In this document: positions 38,883 through 47,310 of the stretch, piece by piece
How the letters are laid out: every line of letters starts with the position of its first letter
Numbering within the stretch: the stretch's first letter is position 1
Source: Syntrophorhabdaceae bacterium
Lineage (GTDB): Bacteria > Desulfobacterota > Syntrophorhabdia > Syntrophorhabdales > Syntrophorhabdaceae
NCBI GenBank assembly: GCA_963666485.2
Contig: CAXXUO010000001.1
Coordinates: forward strand, 480,001-544,000
Direction of reading: 5' to 3'
DNA length: 64,000 nucleotides
The notes under the pieces: generated by a model
The model's database searches: none
What the model saw: the letters and a program-made list of their open reading frames with translations, nothing else
What the model was told of the DNA's origin: nothing
Position numbers and translations under genes: made by a program

Positions 38883-39098
38883 ATGACCGATAGAGAGGAG
38901 TACATGTGTCCTGCCTGCCAGAGCACAATTACGGATGGCGACCTGATGCGATGCCCTCATTGCTATCATTTCTTCGGGCAACAGAGAAGAACAGCACCGC
39001 GCCCGGCTGAGGCGGACGTCCCCGGCCACTTAAGCGGGTTGAAATCGGTTCTCAAAAAACTTAACCTGGGAAGATCATCGCCAGCTGACAGCGTATAA
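38883..39098 (+). CDS. small zinc-ribbon protein
   Basis: GGGGAGG RBS; CPAC...CPHC. Confidence 0.75.
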   Translation: MTDREEYMCPACQSTITDGDLMRCPHCYHFFGQQRRTAPRPAEADVPGHLSGLKSVLKKLNLGRSSPADSV

Positions 39099-39115
39099 CC
39101 ACAACCAGGCAGTCT

Positions 39116-39469
39116 TTAACCACCGCCATTCTCTTCAAAAAATAGAGGACAAAGCTCGGATGAGCCCGGTACATAATCCCGGCAGACTTTCGGCCGCGTC
39201 TCATATATCTCGCACGAGCACAACCCGTCATCCGAACGAAGATAAAAACAATGATTTATCTTCGACCCCTTCTGCGAGATTATACGGTCACCCGCCCAGA
39301 AGACACCTGTGCCGTCAAGCCGGGCGAGGATGTCCGCCCGTCCTTCCTTCTCCCACCTCTCCCTGTCCCCGGCGTCCGCGTATGCGATCATATCAACACT
39401 GCAGCAGAGGCCGCAGCGGCGGCAGGCCTTCTCATGAACATCGTCCATATCCTGCAGAAAGTGTACCAT
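39116..39469 (-). CDS. YkgJ family cysteine-cluster protein
   Basis: CRRCGLCC...CFYL...CEIYETRPKVCRDY. Confidence 0.88.
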   Translation of the reverse strand: MVHFLQDMDDVHEKACRRCGLCCSVDMIAYADAGDRERWEKEGRADILARLDGTGVFWAGDRIISQKGSKINHCFYLRSDDGLCSCEIYETRPKVCRDYVPGSSELCPLFFEENGGG

Positions 39470-39585
39470 GTCTGCCGGGGCCGTGCGCGAAAAAGTACGA
39501 GATCACCGGGAAGGTGCGTGCGGACATAAAGAAAGCAATTGAAAATATGCCCGCGAGGTATTAAAGAATTCTGTGGAGGAAAAAC

Positions 39586-40038
39586 ATGAGCGATGACCTG
39601 ATCACAGCGGTGTGCCCCAGGTGCGGGGCGAAGAACCGCATTCCCGCAAGCCGATGGAAGGACCGGATGAGATGCGGAAAATGCAAGGAACCCCTTGACC
39701 TGCAGACCCTTTATCCGGGCAGGCCCGTGGACGTGACCGATGCGACCTTCCAGCGGGAGGTGGTGGATTTCAAGGGCCCTGTCCTCGCGGAATTCTACGC
39801 ATCCTGGTGAGGGCACTGCCGGAATCTCGAACCGGTTCTGGATGAACTGGCTCAGGCCTTCAGGGGACAGGCAAGAATAGCGAAAATAAATGTCGATACC
39901 TCTCCGGCATCGGCATCCCGTCATGGCGTGCAGGGAGTTCCCGCCATGTTCTTTTACAGGAACGGAACGATCGCGGACCAGGCGGTCGGGGCCCTGCCAG
40001 GAAATGAGATAGAACGGCGCATCAGGGCCATTTTATAG
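39586..40038 (+). CDS. trxC: candidate selenoprotein: zinc-finger thioredoxin (TrxC/Trx2-like) with WUGHC active site (Sec UGA at 39808-39810), 150 aa
   Basis: CPRC/CGKC zinc finger. Reading through the TGA gives FYASW-U-GHCRNLEPVLDELAQAFRGQARIAKINVD...HGVQGVPAMFFYRNG...VGALP to TAG at 40036-40038. Confidence 0.9.
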
Positions 40039-40173
40039 CGGCCTGATATCCATTCGACGACATCCCCTGTCGCCATAATGGTTACATGAGGAACCGTCGG
40101 ACGCGCTACAGACAAACCCCGCCTCTTTTTATACCCTGAAATAAAGTACCACGGATAGGGGCGGATTCTTATC

Positions 40174-41289
40174 ATGGAAATCTTGAACAAATTGAAGTGT
40201 ATAATGTATCCGGCCGCGTCGCACTATTTCAGCCATGCCACCCTGCTCGAGGGAAATCTCAGGGACAGTCGTGACATTTTCCGGTGTCTCTTCGTGGAAA
40301 ATGACGACCTGATGAACTACATGGCATCACGCATGTATGAAGGGCCGCCGGTCACCCTGAGGACATGGCGTATATGGATCCCTTCTCTGAAGAAGACCGT
40401 TGACAGCCTTTCCTGCCATATCGACATGGCGGTGGCAGTGCTTCCCAGAAAATATGAGTCGGCGATGGAAGAGAGGGCCCACTTCAAAAGCCAGACCTTT
40501 ATCTGTTCGGCCATTGACACATCGGATGGCTGGGATACGATAAAAAAACGCTTTCAGCATAATAAGCGGCAATTCTGCAATAAGATGGATAGAAAGCCCC
40601 TTTTTTCCTACCGGACATCAAAAGAATTAAAGGATTTCGACCTTTTCTATCATGAGATGTATGTCCCCCACGTTGAAAAAAGGTTCCGGGAAATCGCATT
40701 CGTCGACCCTTACCCTGCCATGAAAGCAATGTTCCTGAAAGGTTTTCTTCTTTTTATTGAAGAAGGCGACAGGTCTATTGCCGGTATTCTCTGTGAGGTA
40801 AAAAATAATACCCTCTATTCCCGAAGGACGGGAGTGCTGCACGGCAACGAGGATTATATCAGGAAAGGGGCCGCATCGGCCGAGTATTATTTTATGCTGA
40901 AATTTGCGCTGGAAAACGGCCTGGCAAAAATTGACCTTTTGAGAAGCAGGCCTTTCCTCAACGACGGGGTTTATACCACCAAAAGAAAATGGGGCGCAGC
41001 GGTCTGCCCGAACGATCAGTCGGACAAATGGGTTTTTTACTTCATTCCGAGATATACGAGGAAGATCATTAATTTCTTCGAAGCGAACCCGGTCATTAGC
41101 TGCATAAATGACAAGATGTATGGAGTGGTCGGGTGGAGCAAGGCAGAGGAACCGTGTGACAAGGACCATTCAAAATTCACCGATCAATATTATTCACCGG
41201 GACTTCACGGCCTCATGCTGATCCGCCCCGGCTCCGAAGAACCGGTAAGGATCGATTTTGAATCACCCGTCAGGACAACAGGGGAATAA
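40174..41289 (+). CDS. GNAT/FemAB-like fold hypothetical protein
   Basis: Long ORF with FY..MY, G+L, AEYYFMLKFA..G..IDL, GV...KRKWGA, typical of Acetyltransf_6-like proteins (inference). Confidence 0.65.
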   Translation: MEILNKLKCIMYPAASHYFSHATLLEGNLRDSRDIFRCLFVENDDLMNYMASRMYEGPPVTLRTWRIWIPSLKKTVDSLSCHIDMAVAVLPRKYESAMEERAHFKSQTFICSAIDTSDGWDTIKKRFQHNKRQFCNKMDRKPLFSYRTSKELKDFDLFYHEMYVPHVEKRFREIAFVDPYPAMKAMFLKGFLLFIEEGDRSIAGILCEVKNNTLYSRRTGVLHGNEDYIRKGAASAEYYFMLKFALENGLAKIDLLRSRPFLNDGVYTTKRKWGAAVCPNDQSDKWVFYFIPRYTRKIINFFEANPVISCINDKMYGVVGWSKAEEPCDKDHSKFTDQYYSPGLHGLMLIRPGSEEPVRIDFESPVRTTGE

Positions 41290-41312
41290 CAAGAGGAAAA
41301 AGGCGAAAAGCG

Positions 41313-41840
41313 ATGAACGTGGCCGAAGGCAATAACCTGTGTGTCAGGATAGCGATCAACCGGATACCCCCAATACTGAAACCGTACTATACAGTCAAAT
41401 GGCTTACGCGAAAAGATATCTCGATGAGAATATGCAGGAAGATCCTTGGGTGTATCGGGCTTGTGCCGTCCTACCCGCCGACCACGACGGCGGGCAGACG
41501 ATTTACACCTGCCGAGGGAGTCCTGGGGCTCGAACCGGGTGATTATGTCGAAGTGTCGACGGCCGATGAGATCAAAAAAACCCTCGACTCGTACGGAAGG
41601 CACGATCGCCTGTATTTCATGGCAGAACAGTGGCAGTATTGCGGCGGGAAGTTCCGGGTGCACAAGAGGGTAAACCGCGTCCTTTCAGAGCAGACAGGTG
41701 TGCTCAGAAAGGCCAGAAATGTCGTATTGCTTGAAGGCGTCTGCTGCGACGGATCACATCACGGGAATTGCGACGCTTCCTGTTTTCTTTTCTGGAAGGA
41801 AGCTTGGTTAAAGCGGGCCCCGAAAGGGCCCGCCTGTTAA
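41313..41840 (+). CDS. conserved-looking Cys-containing hypothetical protein (SH3-like core)
   Basis: LEPGDYVEV...EI..TLD..G....L.F..E..YCG...RV.KRV; C-terminal CDG..HG.CD..C..FWKEAWL. Confidence 0.75.
   Translation: MNVAEGNNLCVRIAINRIPPILKPYYTVKWLTRKDISMRICRKILGCIGLVPSYPPTTTAGRRFTPAEGVLGLEPGDYVEVSTADEIKKTLDSYGRHDRLYFMAEQWQYCGGKFRVHKRVNRVLSEQTGVLRKARNVVLLEGVCCDGSHHGNCDASCFLFWKEAWLKRAPKGPAC
41813..41833 (-). terminator. probable terminator of hup, inside the 3' end of the convergent gene
   Basis: gcgggccc-cgaaa-gggcccgc, followed by TTT on the minus strand. Confidence 0.55.
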
Positions 41841-41844
41841 TAAT

Positions 41845-42204
41845 TTATTTCTTTTTTGCTTTAGCGGCCGGTTTTGCTGCCTTCGCCGGTGCCTTCGCTG
41901 CGGCTTTCTTCGCAGGTTTTGCCACGGCCTTCCCGTTGACGGCGGCCTTTAACGCGGCACCCGCGGCGAATCTCGGGACCTTCTTGGCTGCTATCTTGAT
42001 CTCCTGCCCGGTCCTCGGATTTCTTCCCTTCCGTGCCTTGCGCGTACTCACGGAAAATGTCCCGAAACCGACGAGCGTCACTTTATCCCCCTTCTTGATC
42101 GCCTGGGTGATACTGCCGATGACGGTCTCAAATGCCTTTCCCGCTGCTGCCTTCGATATCTTTACTTCTTCGGCTACCTTTTCAATGATCTCTGCTTTGG
42201 TCAT
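41845..42204 (-). CDS. hup: HU DNA-binding protein with Ala/Lys/Pro-rich tail
   Basis: [23 protein letters not shown]; tail [25 protein letters not shown]. Confidence 0.95.
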   Translation of the reverse strand: MTKAEIIEKVAEEVKISKAAAGKAFETVIGSITQAIKKGDKVTLVGFGTFSVSTRKARKGRNPRTGQEIKIAAKKVPRFAAGAALKAAVNGKAVAKPAKKAAAKAPAKAAKPAAKAKKK

Positions 42205-42450
42205 CTTTGCCCCTTCCTTAAATGTAGTTATATCTATGCTCATCAGGCCGCTTGTGCTGCCTGTTGCGTAAATCCACCAGATTATGGGCTTGTTAAGAAT
42301 TATTTAACATAGACATACGAAATTCAAGGTTTTTCGTAGCAAAAATAGCGATTTCCTGATTTTTTCCTGTATTTTTTTCGAACAGGGGTGCCAGGGGCCC
42401 TTATTTCCTTGCCAAATCGGCTGATTTTCACGATAATTCGGGAGAATATT

Positions 42451-42504
42451 GGCGATAGGCTATAGGCGGGGGGCCATAGGGTTTTTTTGCCATTGCCTAT
42501 CGCC
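42451..42504. repeat. degenerate inverted heptamer arrays (GGCGATA/GGCTATA ... CCTATCG)
   Basis: ggcgataggctataggc...ccattgcctatcgcc. Confidence 0.7.
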
Positions 42505-42513
42505 GGATTTATT

Positions 42514-43764
42514 ATGCCTAATTTCAAAAACGTTCTCCGATCATACCGGTTCTCCGCTATCCTGCTGCTGTCGGTCGTTCTGGGCGCTGCTATCGGCCTT
42601 TATTTCGGCAAGAGTGCGGCGGCACTCAAGCCACTCGGGGATATTTTCCTCAACCTTCTCTTTACGGCCATTGTGCCTCTCGTCTTTTTTTCCATAGCTT
42701 CGGCTGTATCCGGTATGCCCAACATGAAAAGGCTCGGCCGGATCCTGTTCTTCATGGTCACGGTTTTCATCCTGACGGGCATTGTCGCATCGATCATCAT
42801 GGTGATCTGTGTACAGTTCTATCCGCCCGCACGAGGTCTCGTAATAGATCTCGGCACAAAGGTCCAGGTCGATCATTTCAAGACCTCTGAACAGATCGTC
42901 AGGGCATTCACGGCGACCGACTTCACCGAGATACTCTCTAAAAGGAATATGCTCGCGCTGATCATTTTTTCGATCCTTATGGGATTGGGATGTGCGGCGG
43001 CTGGCGAAAAAGGCAGGGCATTTTCCGGCTTTCTCGCCTCAGGGAACGAGGTCATGATGAAGGTCATCTCCTTTATCATGTACTACGCGCCGGTCGGCCT
43101 GTGCGCCTATTTCGCCCATTTTATCGGAACGTACGGCAGCGACCTTTTGAACGTGTACTTCAGGGGCATGGCGCTCTATTACCCTGTCGCCATCCTCTAT
43201 TTTTTCCTCGCCTTTTCGCTGTATGCATATGTGGCGGCCCGCGGGCGCGGCATACGGAGATTCTGGAAAAATATCATGCCCGCCAGCCTTACCGCGCTCG
43301 CTACGGGGAGCAGCATTGCGACGATACCATGCAATCTCGACGCGGCGGACAGGATAGGCATCCCCCGAGACGTAAGCGAGGTGGTCATCCCCATCGGTGC
43401 GACGATTCACATGGACGGCTCATGTCTCGGGTCCATACTCAAGATCGCCTTTCTCTTCGGGATATTCGATATGAATTTCGGCGACCCCATGACGATGCTC
43501 ATAGCCGTCGGGATCGCGATCCTGTCCGGCACGGTCATAACGGGGATACCGTCCGGCGGCGTCATAGGGGAGATACTGATAATAACCCTGTACGGGTTCC
43601 CGCTCGAAGCCCTGCCTATCATATCCATGATCGGGGCACTCATCGACCCGCCGGCGACAATGATCAACGCGGTTGGTGACAATGTCGCCAGCATGATGGT
43701 CGCACGATGGGTGAATGGGAAAAGGTGGATGGGTGAAAACGGGGCGATGGGCGATGGGCGATAG
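42514..43764 (+). CDS. dicarboxylate/amino acid:cation symporter (DAACS)
   Basis: LKPLGDIFLNLL, ATGSSIATIP, PIGATIHMDG, INAVGD. Confidence 0.93.
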   Translation: MPNFKNVLRSYRFSAILLLSVVLGAAIGLYFGKSAAALKPLGDIFLNLLFTAIVPLVFFSIASAVSGMPNMKRLGRILFFMVTVFILTGIVASIIMVICVQFYPPARGLVIDLGTKVQVDHFKTSEQIVRAFTATDFTEILSKRNMLALIIFSILMGLGCAAAGEKGRAFSGFLASGNEVMMKVISFIMYYAPVGLCAYFAHFIGTYGSDLLNVYFRGMALYYPVAILYFFLAFSLYAYVAARGRGIRRFWKNIMPASLTALATGSSIATIPCNLDAADRIGIPRDVSEVVIPIGATIHMDGSCLGSILKIAFLFGIFDMNFGDPMTMLIAVGIAILSGTVITGIPSGGVIGEILIITLYGFPLEALPIISMIGALIDPPATMINAVGDNVASMMVARWVNGKRWMGENGAMGDGR

Positions 43765-43811
43765 GCGATGGGTTAGGTCTTCCGATTGCCTCTTGCCCCT
43801 TGCCCATCGCC
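43743..43811. repeat. inverted heptamer arrays (GGCGATG)n / (TTGCCCC, ATCGCC), overlapping the symporter stop
   Basis: ggcgatg ggcgatg ggcgata ggcgatg ... ttgcctc ttgcccc ttgccca tcgcc. Confidence 0.85.
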
Positions 43812-43815
43812 TGCT

Positions 43816-44148
43816 TTATTCCGTTATTATTTTTATCTCCCCCATATCCTCGCATTGATCTGCCATGATCACTGCACGGTGGGCGAGGGGGGAAAGTCCT
43901 TCGATAATGTGATCATCGGTATAGAGACCGCAGGCACCGGATGGTAGGGCTGCCTGGTGATGGACCTTGTTGTCTTCGACATACAGGATGCCTTTCTTCC
44001 CCGCGATACCAATGCTGCTTCCGAGTGCATGGCACGTCCGGGTGAGCAGGAATTCCCTGCCGTCCTGCAGGACCCTGTATGTGTTCACGGTCCCGGGGAG
44101 ATTTCCTCCGAGAAGAGCGGAATTAGTCCTTTTTATAGTTATTTCCAT
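43816..44148 (-). CDS. hypothetical protein
   Basis: About 110-aa ORF flanked on both sides by heptamer arrays. Confidence 0.65.
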   Translation of the reverse strand: MEITIKRTNSALLGGNLPGTVNTYRVLQDGREFLLTRTCHALGSSIGIAGKKGILYVEDNKVHHQAALPSGACGLYTDDHIIEGLSPLAHRAVIMADQCEDMGEIKIITE

Positions 44149-44155
44149 AAAAAAA

Positions 44156-44209
44156 GGGCAACAGGCAATAGGGTAAAGTCCCATGGCCTATTGCCCATCG
44201 CCTATTGCC
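44156..44209. repeat. inverted heptamer arrays (GGCAACA/GGCAATA ... CCTATTG/CCCATCG)
   Basis: gggcaacaggcaatagg...cctattgcccatcgcctattgcc. Confidence 0.8.
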
Positions 44210-44215
44210 TTTAAT

Positions 44216-45721
44216 TTATTCTTGAAACGCTTCGAGGCGCTGTCTTCTCAACGGGTGCCTCAGTTTCTTTAATGCCTTGGCCTCGATCTGGCGAATGCGC
44301 TCACGGGTCAGGCCAAATGCGTCACCCACCTCTTCGAGGGTGTACTCGGTCGCCTCACCGATGCCCAACCTCATCCTGATGACCTTTTCTTCCCGTGGCG
44401 TCAGCGTGGCCAGGATCTGGTCTATCTCGTGCTTCAGCGAGCTTCCGATAAACTCTGACAGGGGTGAGGAGGCGTTCGGGTCCGCAATGAGATCGCCCAG
44501 CCTCGACTCGTCGTCTCCGATCGGCGTCTCGATAGATACGGTCCCGCCGGAGACCTTCATGATCTTCCTGACCTTCTCGACGGGAAGACCGGCTTTGACC
44601 GAAATATCCTCAATATCGGGGTTTTCGCCCGATTCCTGGAAAAGCGCCGAGGTTGCTTTGCTTATCTTGTTCTTGGTTTCAAGGACATGGACCGGGACCC
44701 TGATCGTCCGCCCGCAGTCCGCTATTGCACGCGTGATCGCCTGGCGTATCCACCATGTCGAATACGTCGAGAACTTATAACCCTTCTGGTAATCATATTT
44801 TTCGGCGGCTTTCATGAGCCCCATGTTGCCTTCCTGGATAAGGTCAAGAAAGGAGAGCCCGCGATTCTGGTACTTTCTGGCGATATTGATGACGAGCCTT
44901 AGGTTCGCCTGCACGAGCCTGTTCCTGACGGCCTTCAGCCCGTTCTCTATCTCGCCGAGCTCGGTGAGCCTCACCTGGATAGCGACCGCTTCCTTACTGT
45001 CCATGAGCTTCATCTGCTGCGTGATCTTCCTGATGATCACCACGATGGTCTTTTTGTTCAGTTTGAGGTCAAGCAGGGCCTTTTCAACCTTGCCGCTTAT
45101 CTTTTCGAGGTCGGCGGCCAGTTTCTTTCTATCAGCCGCTTTGCGGCATTTCTTCAACAGCCACCGCACTTCTTCCCTTTTTCCGTACTGGTTCTTTATC
45201 GACGTAATGGATGAGACAATGGCCTTGCGATATTTCTCCTCATCTTTCTGCGTCAGGTCCATCTCGTCGATATTGATCACGTCCGCTATGCCCATCTCCT
45301 GGGCCTTCAACTGCCGGCCTATTTCAAGCAGTTCGACGACCGCCTCGGGCATGTCGAAGACGATCTTGATCGCCTTTCTTTCCGCTTCCTCGATCCTCTG
45401 CGATATCTGGAACTCTTCGTCGGGCGTCAGCAGCGAAACCTGTCCCATATCTTTCAGGTACGCCCAGACGATATTATCTGTGTCAGAAGATACCCTTTCT
45501 GTTTCCTCAGAATCCTCCCTGCCGCCCGTCATGCGCGGGCCGGACCTTCTCTCGATCGTCTCGACAAGGTCGACATCGGATTCGGAAATAAAGTCAAATT
45601 CTTCTTCTTCGCTGCCGGAAAAGCATATTTCCCGGGGAATGGACTCTTCGGCCTCGTCAAAGAGGTCCTTGTCGATCCCCGTATCCAGCATATCCTTTAC
45701 CTTTGTGTTATTAATGGCCAT
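44216..45721 (-). CDS. RpoD/SigA-like sigma-70 factor (probable paralog)
   Basis: Region 1.2 [68 protein letters not shown]. Confidence 0.93.
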   Translation of the reverse strand: MAINNTKVKDMLDTGIDKDLFDEAEESIPREICFSGSEEEEFDFISESDVDLVETIERRSGPRMTGGREDSEETERVSSDTDNIVWAYLKDMGQVSLLTPDEEFQISQRIEEAERKAIKIVFDMPEAVVELLEIGRQLKAQEMGIADVINIDEMDLTQKDEEKYRKAIVSSITSIKNQYGKREEVRWLLKKCRKAADRKKLAADLEKISGKVEKALLDLKLNKKTIVVIIRKITQQMKLMDSKEAVAIQVRLTELGEIENGLKAVRNRLVQANLRLVINIARKYQNRGLSFLDLIQEGNMGLMKAAEKYDYQKGYKFSTYSTWWIRQAITRAIADCGRTIRVPVHVLETKNKISKATSALFQESGENPDIEDISVKAGLPVEKVRKIMKVSGGTVSIETPIGDDESRLGDLIADPNASSPLSEFIGSSLKHEIDQILATLTPREEKVIRMRLGIGEATEYTLEEVGDAFGLTRERIRQIEAKALKKLRHPLRRQRLEAFQE

Positions 45722-45777
45722 TCCTCTTCTCTCCACCTATAAGTCTTGCCTGATTTTAGTCCCGGTACGGTTCAGAC

Positions 45778-45821
45778 AAAAAAATAGAAAGAGCAGGCCG
45801 GGACTTACCCGGCCTGCTTTT
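45778..45821 (-). terminator. 11-bp GC-rich hairpin with U-rich tail, upstream of the sigma gene
   Basis: Minus strand AGCAGGCCGGG-TAAGT-CCCGGCCTGCT-CTTTCTATTTTTTT. Confidence 0.75.
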
Positions 45822-45842
45822 ATCGACTTACCTTCGATTGTT

Positions 45843-45871
45843 ACTATAACACAAGATCAATACAATTTCAA
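45843..45871 (-). promoter_or_regulatory. sigma70-like promoter
   Basis: TTGAAA-17 nt-TATAGT with extended TGn on the minus strand. Confidence 0.65.
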
Positions 45872-45953
45872 CACCTAAATTGACCCTGCTCCATCAGATA
45901 ACAGTATGGTCGCGACTGACGGAAGACAGGAAGGTTGCCTTGCCGGGTGTAAC

Positions 45954-46433
45954 TCACGGCTGGCCCTTTATCTGACGGTCATAAAAGTCTTTTTCAAACG
46001 TCATGACAACGGTCGTGTCCTTCTCATTCGTTATGTGAACGATAATAGGATGACCGGTATCGTCATCCTTTCCCAGGAGACGGAAGGCTGCATCCTTTTT
46101 CTCAATTATCGTGAAGCCGTGTTTCTTGAGCCTCTCGGCTGCTTCTTCGTTCATCGTGCCATGAAAAATAAAGGCCTGCCCGATAAGCAACTGATTTTCG
46201 TAGATGCAGCCGGCCCCTAGCATAGGTTCCAGGTTCTTGAGGTTGTAAACCTCTGCCTTGAGGCCACTCCCTACATCCATGACTTCGTCGGGGCTTCCCA
46301 GAAGGGCGTGTACAGCGGACCTCGTCATGAGAACGCTGATGTCATCCAAGGCCTTTATGTCGATTGCATGCAAAGGCCCGGCTGCGATGAAGAGCAAAAT
46401 GAGTGCAAATAAAAAAGCGCGTGTTTTCTTCAT
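45954..46433 (-). CDS. secreted hypothetical protein
   Basis: AGGAG RBS; signal peptide MKKTRAFLFALILLFIAAGPLHA. Confidence 0.8.
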   Translation of the reverse strand: MKKTRAFLFALILLFIAAGPLHAIDIKALDDISVLMTRSAVHALLGSPDEVMDVGSGLKAEVYNLKNLEPMLGAGCIYENQLLIGQAFIFHGTMNEEAAERLKKHGFTIIEKKDAAFRLLGKDDDTGHPIIVHITNEKDTTVVMTFEKDFYDRQIKGQP

Positions 46434-46446
46434 AGACCTTCTCCTT

Positions 46447-47271
46447 TCATCGCGAAAACAGGGCGTCGATAATGCCCAGCGCACCCATGGGGTTGACGCC
46501 GACGCTGACGGAAGTCGTGGTTGATCTCGTCGATGTCGTACTGCTCGATGTGGTGTGCGTTGACGAGGATGATCTGGTTTCCGTTCTCCCCGGGGCGGGC
46601 GTCACGGTCCTCGATGAACCTGTCGTCACGCTGGCGCTGCTCGATGTTGTGTTCGATCGGGAAGATGACGTCTCCCATGTTTTTTGTACAGGATTTGGCT
46701 GACCGGCCCCTGCGGCAGTACCGACGATTATGCCTGCTGCGACTGCATCCCTCGTACGGATGTCGCTGGAACCGGCTGGCTGGGGCGGGGATGGGACTGC
46801 TGTCGTCGCGGCAGGATATGCCGGCTGCCCAGCGTTCTGCCCTCGCAAGGGAACAAGGGAGACCGCGACCGATGGCGGAGCGAGGATATAAGCCTCGCCC
46901 GATTCCTCCTGGTACGAAATGGAGTTCATGCCGCTCGACATCCCCATCGAGGTGCTTTTAAAAAAGAGTCCTGAATTTACCCCGGATTGGACTGCCTTCA
47001 TCATCACTTTATTCGACTGGTACTGTCTCGTAATGGGCATGTCGACCTGATGGTATCCTTGCTTGAACAGTGTAATGATGTGGTCCCGGTTCCTTTCAAG
47101 GGAAACGGTTCCCGGCGTCTGCCCGGCCGGCCTGCCGTCAGCGAGGATGCTCGCCCCCATGGGATTCGAAGAAACGGGGACATCCTGCCTGAGCACCGTT
47201 GTTTCGCATCCGGCGGCAAAGAGGCCAAAGATGCAAAGAGCTATAACACACTTCATTCGGTCCATCGACAC
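46447..47271 (-). CDS. PEGA-domain lipoprotein with Ser/Thr-rich tail
   Basis: Lipobox AAGC; SSNPMGA.I..DG...G.TP; K.GY. Confidence 0.8.
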   Translation of the reverse strand: MSMDRMKCVIALCIFGLFAAGCETTVLRQDVPVSSNPMGASILADGRPAGQTPGTVSLERNRDHIITLFKQGYHQVDMPITRQYQSNKVMMKAVQSGVNSGLFFKSTSMGMSSGMNSISYQEESGEAYILAPPSVAVSLVPLRGQNAGQPAYPAATTAVPSPPQPAGSSDIRTRDAVAAGIIVGTAAGAGQPNPVQKTWETSSSRSNTTSSSASVTTGSSRTVTPAPGRTETRSSSSTHTTSSSTTSTRSTTTSVSVGVNPMGALGIIDALFSR

Positions 47272-47310
47272 TTCCTCCTCATATATGTCTAATGTCTGTG
47301 CCCGTAAAAC

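Noticed and set aside
39460..39564. Plus-strand peptide ...CLPGPCAKKYEITGKVRADIKKAIENMPARY as a gene remnant
   Set aside because: Looks protein-like but has no start or RBS and overlaps the YkgJ gene; not supportable without a search.
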